From contig NC_057720.1 of NCBI RefSeq assembly GCF_004010195.1, forward strand, positions 5,641,521-5,704,056: a DNA stretch of 62,536 nucleotides. Direction: 5' to 3'. Of this stretch, positions 23,246 through 34,512 are shown piece by piece. This DNA is from Chiloscyllium plagiosum (taxonomy: Eukaryota). Positions within the stretch are counted from its first letter, which is position 1. The number at the start of each line of letters is the position of its first letter. The notes beneath the pieces are model-generated. The model was not told the origin of the DNA. It searched no databases and saw only the letters and a program-made list of their open reading frames with translations. The position numbers were made by a program, and so were the translations under genes.

Positions 23246-23764
23246 CGTTTTGTGAATGGCCAGTTTCCAGGATTCGTCACTTACATGAAGTGATGCATGT
23301 TCCATGCGTTTGAACAACTGTACATCTCGTGGTATGGTGTTGCCCCTGCATGTACTTGTATTGTAAGGGATCACTGTGCCATATCACGGTCCTCATATGG
23401 ATCCTGGCCTGTGGGGAATGCAAACTGTGAGCTATGGCTATCATATTTTGGACCCAACTTTAATTTTGTAAAATTTTTCACTACCAGCCAAAGCCAGAAA
23501 CTTGATCTTGGGGGTACACATTTGGAAAATGTATCCACAAAACATAGGAGCTGAAGTAGGCCATTCAGCCCATTGAGTCTGCTCTGCTGTTCAATGAGAT
23601 CATGGCTGATCTGCTCATCCTGAACTCCACTTTCCTGCCTTTATCCTATAATGCTTACTTCACTTACTGATTGCACATCTGTCTTCTTCAGCCTTGAATG
23701 TACTACCTTGACAGCTCTCTGTGGTAAAGAATTTCACGGATTTACCAGCCTCTGAGAGAAAACT

Positions 23765-24515
23765 TTATAGAGTCATATAGCATGGAACCAGACCCTTCGG
23801 TCCAAATCGTCCATTCCAACCAGGTTTCACAAACTAAACTAGTACTATTCACCAGCACTTGGCTCATATCCCTCTAAACCTTTTTTATTCTGTACCTGCC
23901 CAAATGTCTTTTAAAAATTGTAACTGGACCTGCATCTACCACTTCCTCTGGCAGTTTATTCCACACATGAACCACCATCTCTGTCCCTCAGGCCTCTTTA
24001 AAACCTTTCTCCTCTCACCTTAAAATTATGCCCCCTAGTTTTGAACACTCCTACCCTTAGGTAAATACCTTGGGTATTCACCTTATCTATGCCCCTCATA
24101 ATTTTTCAACCTCTATAAGGTCATCTCTCAACCTCCTACACTCCAGTGAAAAAGTCCCAGCCCATCTAGCCTCTTCTTATAACTCAAACCTTGCAGTCCC
24201 AGCAATATCCTTGTAAATCTTTTCTGAACTCACTCCAGCTTAATAATATCCTTCCTGTAGCAAGGAGACTTGAACTATATATTGTACTCTAGAAGGGCCT
24301 CACCAGTTTCCTGTACAATCTCAACATGACATCCCAGCTCCTCAGATGTCATTGCTCAAAGGTCTGAGCAATGAAGGCAAGCCTGCTGAATGCCTTTGTA
24401 ACCACCCTGTTTACCCATGATGCAACTTTCAAAGAATTATGTACCTGAATCCCGAGGTCTCTCCGTTTGACAACACTACCCAGGGCCCTCCTATTACCTG
24501 TACAAGTCCTGCCCA
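23765..24515 (-). mobile_element. CR1-type LINE 3' fragment
   Basis: RDLGIQVHNSLKVASWVNRVVTKAF on the minus strand, followed by CR1 C-terminus and UTR. Confidence 0.85.
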
Positions 24516-24985
24516 TAACTGAATCCAGTCGCACTTCTCATGTTGAAAGTGCAACAGTGCATGAACATTAGATGAAGACAAGATTATGCTCAGCTCCAAT
24601 GCCCATTTCTAGAACATAGATCATAGAACATTACAGCATAGCACAGGCCCTTCGGCCCTCAATATTGCATTGGCCTGTGAAACCAGTCTGAAGCCCATAA
24701 ACCTACACTATTCCTTTATCATCCATATGTTTATTCAATTACCATTTAAATGCCCTTAAAGTTGCCGAGTCTACTACTGTTGCAGGAGGTGCATTCCAAG
24801 CCCCTACTACTCTGAGTAAAGAAACTACCTTTGACATCCTATATCTATCACACCTCAAATTAAAGCTATGTCCCCTCGTGCTCGCCAACACCATCTTCTC
24901 TTCAAGACATTGACTAAATTCTGAACATGGGGCTGATCGGGAGAAATGGTGATTTGTCTTTTTTTGAATTGTACCACGCACATGT

Positions 24986-25282
24986 TTTAGATTAGATTCC
25001 CTACAGTGTGGAAACAGGCCCTTCGGCCCAACAACCCCACACCAACCCTCTGAAGAGTAACCCACCCAGACCCATTCCCCTACATTTATCCCTGACTAAT
25101 GGACCTAACACTATGGGCAGTTTAGCATGGCCCATCCACCTAACCTGCACATCTTTGGATTGTGGAAGGAAATGCACACAGACACAGGGAGAACGTGCAA
25201 ACTCCACACTGTCAGTCACCTGAGGTGGGAATTGAACCTGGGTCCCTGGCACTGTGAGGCAGCAGTGCTAACTATTGAGCCA
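24986..25282 (-). mobile_element. HE1-like V-SINE
   Basis: Full reverse copy with (ttaga)n tail. Confidence 0.85.
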
Positions 25283-25923
25283 CTTGAGAGCACCTTTTCT
25301 TCCTGTGCTAATTTTCTCCAGTGTCCCCCTGCCTGACCCAAGGGTGCGAAACTAATTGTGAATGATTTATCAGCATCTTGACCAACACCGGGTAAATCCT
25401 TCATGGGTCAAGGAATTAACTTCTGTTTTCCCAGGACTGCAGTTGCGGCTCCCCAGCTCCTCAAACTGTCGGTGGAAATTCATTAAGTGGTTGTCAAGAA
25501 TGTTTCACATTGCAGATGTCTTTGAACTTGGGAAATCTTTGGCATGCATCATTGTTTGTGAGACGTGATGAATGAGGCTAGATTAAAAAGACTTCCCAGT
25601 TGAGTACATAGTCATTGTCACTTATTAATTCCACCTTATACAGCAAAAGGCTCCTCTGGCACCAGTTAAGAGCAAGTGTTGCGTTAATGACAGTTGGAAC
25701 GGATGCATCATGCATCCTTTGCAGTCCATTCTGCAGAAGAACTTGAAACGTTCCTCTCACTCCACAGATGCTGCCAGACCTGCTAAGTTTCTTCAGCACT
25801 TTCTGTTTCCAATACAGTCTTTTGACTGCTTGGCTGGCAAAATGATGGGTTTTGGTGGATGGTGAAGATGATGGATGACTTGCTTTCATGTGTTTATCAG
25901 CTGGTGTTGTTTGTCTGTTTCAG

Positions 25924-26071
25924 CACCAGTGACAGGAGGAAGAATCTGGTTCAGCAGAAAGCTGAGGCTCAAAGGAGGCTGTACGGGCAAGGGTCAGTGA
26001 AGCGACTGTCTGCTGGCTCCTCAGAGTGGGAGAGACAGCGCCACTCACTGGAGAGGAGGAGAGAGGAGCTG
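25924..26071 (+). CDS. TTLL7: TTLL7 exon: TSDRRKNLVQQKAEAQRRLYGQGSVKRLSAGSSEWERQRHSLERRREEL
   Basis: Acceptor tttcag|C, donor CTG|gtaagc; 148 nt, phase 2-0; basic region containing QKAEAQRRLYG. Confidence 0.95.
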
Positions 26072-26161
26072 GTAAGCTGCCACTTGCTATGCAGTTGGAA
26101 ATCCTGTTGTCTATCTGTTTGCATACTCAACTCTCACTTCTTTCTCCCGCTCTGCACGCAG

Positions 26162-26235
26162 AAGGAGAGGCTTGCGCAAGTCCGCAAGCAGATTTCAAGA
26201 GAAGAGCATGAAAATCAAAATTTGGGTAACTACAG
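26162..26235 (+). CDS. TTLL7: TTLL7 exon: KERLAQVRKQISREEHENQNLGNY(R)
   Basis: Acceptor acgcag|AAG, donor AG|gtaaaa; 74 nt, phase 0-2. Confidence 0.94.
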
Positions 26236-26409
26236 GTAAAAAGAAAAATAAGACTCTACACTATAGGCGCATCAAGGCATTACACTCCAGTACAACAGGA
26301 TCAGGTTGGCTCACAAATGCTGATGAGATTTGGTTTTCAGTTATCTCTGTCCAGCAGTAAAGAAGCTTATGGACAACAATGACACCACTGGGAAGAGTGC
26401 TGTGTTCGG

Positions 26410-26600
26410 GGGTTAGTTAACTCAGTTGGCCAGGCAGCTGGTTTGCAATGCAAAATGATGCCAACAGCGTGTGTTCAATTCCACACCGGCTGAAATCCCC
26501 AAGAAGGCCTTTCCTTCCTTCCCAACCTCACCCTTCACTCCAGGTGACCCTCAGATTAAACTCGCCACCAGTTGTCCCTCTAATGAAACTGGGCCTATAG
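26410..26600 (+). mobile_element. SINE family C
   Basis: tRNA-like head GGTTAGTTAACTCAGTTGG...GTTCAATTCC; homologous to 15570-15750. Confidence 0.6.
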
Positions 26601-26956
26601 TAACATTGCCTGATCTTAGCTTGTGTGAAACCTAATTTCCATCCTGTTTGACTATGTCCAAAATTGGGAGATTTATCTTGTTAAGAGGTACTATATGTTA
26701 AAAGAAGAGAAAAAATATTAATATTTGCAGGGGTCCCACAGGGCCATCTTGGAGTGGCCCCAGCCCAGATGACTCAAACCATTGGGAAATATTTAGGGTT
26801 ATGGGGAGCAGTTGGGTGAGTGGGGCTAATTGGATTGCTCTAGTAAAGAGCTACTAGAAGCACTATAGGCTGAGTGGCCTTCTTCTGTATTGTCTCAAGT
26901 TGTAATTCTACCTTTCTAAGTATAAGTGATCCATGTTTTCTCCTGTGTGAACCCAG

Positions 26957-27092
26957 GCGGATCTACCCTCCCGATGATAAGCAGTTGCTGGAAAAGTACG
27001 AGAGCCTCATATGTATTGCCTTCCAGACCTTCCTTGCAGGAAGAGCAGCCTCACTGCAGAAGGAACTCAGCAACCCACTGAATCACATGAAG
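26957..27092 (+). CDS. TTLL7: TTLL7 exon: RIYPPDDKQLLEKYESLICIAFQTFLAGRAASLQKELSNPLNHMK
   Basis: Acceptor acccag|G, donor AAG|gtattg; 136 nt, phase 2-0. Confidence 0.94.
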
Positions 27093-27874
27093 GTATTGAT
27101 CGTGAGATCCATCACATTAGGGCATGAGAAGACAGCGTTGAGGGGTGAACTGCAAATTATGAGAGACTTCAATTGGGTAGCTATGGAAATGATCCAATAT
27201 GGGTGAATCCAAACTAACAGCCATAACTGTACAATGGTCACCAAATAAGAAATTCAAGAGAAAGTTACAGAACATTCTTTACTGAATTTCCTATTTAGTT
27301 TATTCCTGGCTGTCTGGTTTTTGAGGGTCTTGTCCTGGTCTCACCCATAAGTGGAAACATCTTCTCTATGTTTACCATGTCAAACTTTGTCATAATCCTG
27401 TTTACCCTTTGGTCCTGTCCTTTCTCAAGCCTGTTCAATCTTTCCTGATTAGCGGGTCCTCTTTGATCTGGTACCAACCTTGTGAATAGTGTTTGCACAT
27501 TCTTCAGTGCTTAAACCTCTTTCTTTAGCACATACAGGCCAAAACTCTCTGACATGCTCCAGTGTGGTTCATGAAATATTTCTTCTTTTCATTATTTTTT
27601 ATCAAGAGTTATGGAGTAAAGGGCAAGAAAGTGGATGTGAGGAATGTTGGATCAGCTATGATCCTGTTGGATGGTGGGGTAGGCTTGAGGAGCTGAATAG
27701 CCTACTCCTGTTCCTATTTCTTATGGTCATATGGACTTTCATTCAATTCCTTTGGTAGTAGGGGAAGAGGAGGGCTTTCATTTGAGGTGAAAACTGATAA
27801 ACATGCTAATCTTAATTGCAATATGCCTGGGATATCAACTTCCTTGGCTCTCAGTCTTGAAATTTCTCCTGTGA

Positions 27875-28225
27875 TTTGTTCATGGGATGTGGGTATCACA
27901 GGCTGGGTCAGCATTTAATACTCATCCCTAGTTGCAACTTGAGAAGGTGGAGGTGAGCTGCCTTCTTGAACCACTGCAGTCCATGTAGTGTTGGTAGACC
28001 TACAATGCCCTTAGGGAGGGAATTCCAGGATTTTGACCCAGTGACACTGAAGGAGTGGCAACATTTTTCCAAGCCAGGATGGTAAGTGGCTTGTAGGGGA
28101 ACTTGCTCGTGGTGGTGTTCCCTTGTATCTGCTGCTCTTGTCCTTCCAAGATGTTGAAAATTTGGAAGGTTCTGCTGAAGGAGTCTTTGTGAGTCTCTGC
28201 ACTGCATCTTGAAGATAATATGCAC
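27875..28225 (-). mobile_element. LINE family B (CR1-clade) 3' fragment
   Basis: SFSVTGSKSWNSLPKGIVG...LQWFKKAAH.HLLK, also seen at ~19515-19670, 30975-31160, 46650-47025, 53955-54430 and 59385-59605. Confidence 0.75.
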
Positions 28226-29046
28226 TGGATTCTAGGCTGATGTCACTGTGTTGGACTGATCTCTTTACCAGTCCAGCAAGACAAGGAATGATGAGGAGAT
28301 CCCTTGAGGGACTAAATCACTGTGGCTGCAGTTGGATTTCCCTCTTGCTGATGAAATGCCACAGAGAGTATTGGCCTGTAACCGTCTTGCTTTCAGACAG
28401 ATACACACTAGGTCACTGAGTATGAGACACGCACTCATCTTGCAGAAAAGAACCTTTCACAGTAAAAACAAATACTGCCTTTGAGTAGCTTTGTCACATT
28501 AATTTTTATTAGAGATGCAATCAAAAAATAAATGCAAAGAGGACTAATAGAGAGAAGAAACCTGACAGCTATTAGAGTTTGTTTTATAAATCTGCGAGGT
28601 CTGTAATGTGTGCAAACACAATGAGTGTGGAAGGCAATTTGAAGGCTGCTTTCGACAATGGTATTTTTTTTCAGCCTCGTCGTAAGTTAATTGAAGAATG
28701 TGACAAGAAAGATCTTATCTCCTTGGTAAATGATGCATGTTATAGTCAAGGTTCAAAGACCAACAACATATAATGGGAGTGAGGTATGAGGCAAGATGAT
28801 GGGACATATTGTGTACAGTTTGAATAGATGCTTAAGGAGCCAGTGATGAACACATTGGAACGAACGATTCAATTGTATGCAGAATGCTGCTTTGTGAATG
28901 GTTATGTTCGATCTGATTTAATTTAATGGTCAGACTCAGGTCAATGATGAGTATAGATAAAGTTGGAAGAGCTTTCTAAAAGTGATATCCAGTGAGGACT
29001 AGCTACATAACAAAATTGATGTGGAGGTGCTGGTGTTGGGATGGAC

Positions 29047-29226
29047 AAAGTCAGAAGTCACACGACACCAGGTTATAGTCCAGCAGGGTTATTTTAAATT
29101 ACAAGCTTCTCGAGCACTACTCCTTCATCTGGTGAAGTTAGCTGACAAAAGAGCAGCGCTCTGAAAGCTTGTGATTTCAAATGAATCTGTTGGACTGTAA
29201 CCTGATGTAGTGTGACTTCTGACTTT
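29047..29226. mobile_element. Palindromic (foldback) element made of two inverted Penelope family B termini
   Basis: AAAGTCAGAAGTCACAC...GTGTGACTTCTGACTTT with ~85-bp imperfect arms; each arm has a decayed hammerhead. Confidence 0.8.
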
Positions 29227-29529
29227 TACAAAAGAAAAATACAGATATGAAGGTGTTGCACAAATTTCAGAGATTTTACTTTTTCCACAGTAAGTGTAAA
29301 ATCATGTTGCTTGGTAAGGGCTGTGGTCAGTCAGAGAGAAATTTACAGCACAAAAAAAAGGCCCTTTGGCCTATCTTGTTGTCACCAGTCAAAAATATCC
29401 ACCTATCTATTCTAATCCCATTTTCTAGCACTTGGCTGTGATCAGGTTGCTGATGGAACACCAGTCCTTAGCCTCTGCTTGACTGGGCTCTTTATCTCTT
29501 GATTGTAGTTTGTCCTGCTGGTGATGATG

Positions 29530-29850
29530 TCAGTGCCAGGAACTGGGTTCAATTCCAGTCTCGAGTGACTGTCTGTGTGGAGTTTGCACATTCTCCCCGT
29601 GTCTGCGTGGGTTTCCTCCTGGTGCTCCAGTTTCCTCCCACAGTCCAAAGATGTGCAGGTTAGGTCGATTGGCCATGGGAAATTGCCCATACTGTCCAAG
29701 GATGTGCAGGCTAGCTGGGTTAGCCATGGGAAATGCAGGCTTACAGGGATTGGATAGGGGTTGGGTCTGGTATGGATGCTGTTCAGAGAGTCGGTGAGAA
29801 CTCGATGGGCCGAATAGCCTGCTTCTACACTGTAGGATTCTCGGATTCTA
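29530..29850 (+). mobile_element. HE1-like V-SINE
   Basis: B-box, V-domain and tail. Confidence 0.85.
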
Positions 29851-30049
29851 TAGTGTGTGCCGAACAGATCCTTATTTTACACACTGTTCTTAGTGTCTCT
29901 GTTCCACATGAGATAAAACATATTTTCAGTCCATTGGTTAGTCAGTCATTAACTTACTATCACTTCACAATGGCACTCTGAGTCTGGTTTGGGTCTTTGC
30001 TATTCAGGGGCTCCAGATTCTTACTTCTTTGTTGTTTATCCATCAACAG

Positions 30050-31160
30050 TGATCATGCGAATGGTGTTGGACAATTGGAAAAACACATTGGAGAGGCTCC
30101 ACAAATGTCCCCACCCACAATGACGTGGGAGCCCAGCATAACAGTGCAACAGATAAGGCTGAAACATTTACAACAAGTGCCAAGTTGATGACCTACCTTG
30201 GCTTCCTCCAGTAGTTCTCAGCATCACAGATACAAGTCTTTAGCTATTTTGATTCTCTCCATGTGAAATTAAGAAATGGTTGGAGACTCTGCATACTGTA
30301 AAACCTTTGGGCCCTGATAACATTCCAGCTATAGTACTGAAGAGTTGTGCTCCAGAATTTGCCACTCTCCTAGCCAAACTTTTCCAGTACAGCCACAGCA
30401 ATGGCATCTACTCAACATTGTGGAAAATTGCGCTGGTATGTCCTGTACCCAAAAATAGGACAAATCCAACCCGGCCAATTACTGTCCAATCAACTGACAT
30501 TTGATCATCAGAAGAGTTATGGAGGGGGTCATCAAAGCAGCACTTACAAGGAATGACCTGCCTACTGATGCTGTGTTTGATTCAATGAGGGTCACTTGGC
30601 TCCTGATCTCGTGACAGCCTTGGGTCCAAACATAGACAGAAGTGCTGAATTGATGAGGTGATGTGAAAGTGACTACCCTCTAAATCAAGACCACATTTGA
30701 CTAACTATGGCATCAAAGAGCCAGAGCAAAAATGAATCAATAGGAATTGAGAAGAAATATCTCTACTGAATTCCCATCATCAAATTCCTGGGACTTACCA
30801 TTGTCCAAAAACTGAATGGATTCACCACATAAACACAGTGTGTACAAGAGCAGGTCAGAGGCTGGGAATCCTGCAGTGAGTAACTCACCTCCTGACTCCC
30901 CAAAGCCTGTCCACCATCTACAAGGCACAAGTCAGGAGTGTGATGGAATACTCCTCACTTGCCTGGATAGTATATTACATTCCTTCAGTGTCACTGGATC
31001 AGAATCCTGGAATTCCCTGCCTAAGGATATTGTGGGTCAATCTACAGAACATAGACTGCAGCGGTTCAAGAAAGCAGCTCACTTCCACCCTCTCAAGGGG
31101 CAACTGGGGACAGGCAATAAATGCTGGGCCAGCTGTTGACACCCGTATCATGTGAATTAA
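30050..31160 (+). mobile_element. LINE family B (CR1-clade) RT remnant with internal deletions and 3' end
   Basis: KPLGPDNIPAIVLKSCAPEFATLLAKLFQYS...WKIALVCPVPK, typical RT N-terminal subdomain. Confidence 0.8.
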
Positions 31161-31793
31161 AATAAACACTAAACGGGAGATTAATATTTGACTAGACATG
31201 TAAATCATAACTGACTAAAAAATTAAGAATCTCCCTGGGATTAACCATATTCTAACAGCTTTTAAGCAAACAATCTTTATGTAGTCTGAACTTAGTCTTT
31301 ATCATCAGTTTTTAACATGTCGTAACTCAGAGAGGATCGTGTCCAGTTGAACCTAACCAGTAGGCTTTAATAGCTGCCTTGAATACGGAGTACAACTTTA
31401 AGGATATAAAAACTAAATTTTAACAGTAATGTAATTAAAATAAACTCAATCCTGCAGTTTGGTCAGGAGGAGGAAAGAATATTTTTAAAATGCATCCATT
31501 AAATGTACATTTTAAACAGATCACACTTTTCCAGTCGCAATCACTTTTTGAATAGTCTGCAGAATGATGGGATGAAATGTGAGGGCTCTCACAACGGAGC
31601 GATGCTGAGGTTGAAATGGTGAGGTGTGGGGATGGGGTTGGGCTAGCCAATTTTGTCTCCTGTTGATCTTCTGTGTTATCAGAGATGGGCGCGATGACCA
31701 GGGTGATTTGGAAATGTTAAGAGGCAGGTCTGAGCATAGTTCCTTAAGGGGACTGACTTGACTGACTCAATGCTTGTTTTGATCTTTTTAAAG

Positions 31794-31880
31794 GAGGAAG
31801 ACATCCTGGATCTCCTGGAGCAATGTGAAGTGGACGATGAGAAGCTCCTGGGGAAATCACCCCGTCAGAGGGGGCCAAAG
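31794..31880 (+). CDS. TTLL7: TTLL7 exon: EEDILDLLEQCEVDDEKLLGKSPRQRGPK
   Basis: Acceptor tttaaag|GAG, donor AAG|gtatgg; 87 nt, phase 0-0. Confidence 0.93.
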
Positions 31881-31950
31881 GTATGGACTCAACTGAGGTG
31901 CAGCGACAGCAGGTGTTCAATCTAACAAGGCACCTTACAGCATGCTCAGG

Positions 31951-32260
31951 ACAGTACAGTGGCTCAGTGGTTAGCCCTGCTGTCTCACAGTACTTGGGAC
32001 CTGGGTTTGATTTCACCCTTGGGTGACTGCCCGTGTCTGTATGGGTTTCTTCTGGAGGCTCAGGTTTCCTTCCACACTCTAAAGATGTGCAGGCTAGGGT
32101 GAATTGGTCATGCTAAATTGCCCATAGTGTCCAGGGATATGCAGGCCAGGTGGGCTAGCCATGGGAAAATGTGGGGTCATGGGGATAGGGTGGGAAGAGT
32201 TGGCATTCAGAAGGTTGATACAGACCTGATGGGCCAAACGGCCTCTTTCTGCACTGATTC
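31951..32260 (+). mobile_element. HE1-like V-SINE
   Basis: Head GTGGCTCAGTGGTTAGCCCTGCTGTCTCACAG, about 70 nt downstream of a TTLL7 exon. Confidence 0.8.
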
Positions 32261-32654
32261 TGTGATTCAAATTGATGACCAATGGTTGGAGCACTAGAAG
32301 TAGAATTTTAATCTCACCTGAGGGGGATTTAGCAGCTGGACATGGGGCCATAAATACCATGAGTATCTTTTGGACAGCTCTTCCCAGCATAGGGGAGGCC
32401 AGGCCAAGCTACTGATGGATCATTGAAGCCCTTCATTGCTGAATTAGTGAGTGTCTAGGGCCCTCTTCCAACCACTCTCCCAACCCTATCCTCACTTCAC
32501 AATTCTTCAGGTAGTGGGCAGTGCGTAGTTTGAAACCTGTCAGGTCCCACCCTGGGACTACTTGCAGAAGAATCCTTCCTTCACAGGCTCTGTGAGTTCA
32601 TGAAAAGCCCCTTCCCAGTTTCTACTTTCCTCTCCTCCCCACTGCCTGAGTGGG

Positions 32655-32940
32655 ATAAGGGCGTCACTGGCTAGGCCAGCATGAATTGCCCAGAGGGCAG
32701 TGAAGAGTCAACCACATTGCTGTGGGTCTGGAGTCACATGTAGACCAGACCAGATAAGGATGGTCGTTTCCTTCCCTAAAGGACATTAGTAAACCAGGTG
32801 GATTTTGCCAACAATCAACAATGGTCATCATTAGACTATTTTTTAAATGAATTCAAATTCTACCACCTGCCTTGGTGGGATTTCAACCCAGGTCCCCAGA
32901 CATTACTTAAGTCTCTGGATAAACAACCGAGCCATTCCCT
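32655..32940 (-). mobile_element. SINE family B
   Basis: AAGAGTCAACCACATTGCTGTGGGTCTGGAGTCACATGTAG...CCTTCCCTAAAGGACATTAGT. Confidence 0.75.
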
Positions 32941-33487
32941 CTCCTGAACTTTCACCTCACCATTCAGTGTCGGCCATCTTTGTTGAGGATTGCCCAGAGG
33001 GAAAGAAAAACAGTAAAAGAAGTGCAAATGACATATACTGGTCTGTTTGTTTCTCCTACACCTCAGAATAATACTCCAGTATGACCAGTATGTTCACTCC
33101 CAAGTATTACCGTCTTCTTTTTCAACTGTGTCTTGTTTTCCGTCTGGGCAAGGACAATCCCAGCAGTAGCCAAAGCCCCCAATGGGCACTGCTGGAACTA
33201 AAGACATAACTCATTGACCGGTGGCTCTGTCAACCATGGGAATTGGGTGATGGAGATGCTGTTGGCCAGGCTGGTCTCCTCGCCCTGCTGGGGAAGTGTC
33301 TAATTGAGGTGACTGATTTGAACCCAGAAACCCAGGGAGCATGGAGGGTGGGCCGTATATCCAGTGACTCTCCCTGCTTGGTGTGCAACTGTGAGCCATG
33401 GCAATGAAGAGAAAAGTGGGTGTTTGACTATGTATGCATCAAGGAGCCTCTGTGATTAAAAGGGGCAATTCCTTTTGTGTCCTGCAG

Positions 33488-33656
33488 CAGCTATTCTCAA
33501 TGCCTGAGACCACGGAACCGAACTCACGAAAATATGACGAGAGCAGCAGTAGCGGTAACAGCAGCTGCAGCTCAGACACCGATGAAGAGGAACTAAGAGA
33601 TAAAAAATTTATGTATGTTCGAAAAGAAAGGAAGTATGAATCTCCAGAACGATCCA
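33488..33656 (+). CDS. TTLL7: TTLL7 exon: QLFSMPETTEPNSRKYDESSSSGNSSCSSDTDEEELRDKKFMYVRKERKYESPERS
   Basis: Tandem acceptor ctgcag|cag (start 33488 or 33491), donor A|gtaagt; 169 nt, phase 0-1; Ser/acidic linker after SMPE. Confidence 0.88.
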
Positions 33657-34217
33657 GTAAGTTTCCCAGTTTGCCCGTATTTACTGAGATCTTCCTGAAA
33701 TAAACACTAGCTATGATGTAAGTTATAGAAAGCTCCCGTTGATGAAAGGAGAGGCACTTTGCCTATGTTTTTTCTCATCTTGCACTCATCAGGACAAATG
33801 CAAGAATGCCAAATTGCAAATGGTCGCAATAACCAATATGGGAGGAACAGGTGCTGATTCAGAAAGCCCACTCTGATTATTTTGGGCATTGCTTTGAAGA
33901 AAGCAATGAAGAAATATAGCCTGCCCCACCTCCCCCCTCCCCCCAACAAAATTATGGGTAATTCAAAAACAGGCGCAAGACTTGAACATATGCTTTTCAT
34001 TTGCAGCTAACAGATGCCTGTGTGTGAATATGTGGCGTGTACCAAGTGGAAGTGAGCCATGTTACAAGTTTCACTGGTTATCTTAAATTGTTAGTGTGGT
34101 TATTAGCACTGATCAATCACGGAATAACATCTACCAATAGACATTTTGTTTGGGTTTCTCAGCTGACTTGGATGCTAACACGTATTCCAATGCCTGCACT
34201 GGACAGGGTCATTGACC

Positions 34218-34512
34218 ATAGCACTGCTGCTTCATAGCGCCAGGGACCTGGGTTTGATTCTACCCTCGGGTAACTGTCTGTGTGGAGTTTACACATTCTC
34301 CCCGTGTCTGCATAGGTTACCTCTGGGTGCTCTGGTTTCCTCCCAGAATCCAAAGATATGCAGGTTAGGTGAATTGTTCATAGTGTTCAGGGCTGTGTAG
34401 GTTGGGTGCTTAGGTGTAAATGTAGGAGAACAGGACTGGGTAGGTTACCCTTTGGAGAGTTGGTGTGGACTTGTTAGACCAAATGGCTTGTTTCCACACT
34501 GCAGGGATTCTA
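34218..34512 (+). mobile_element. HE1-like V-SINE
   Basis: Head, V-domain and tail. Confidence 0.8.
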
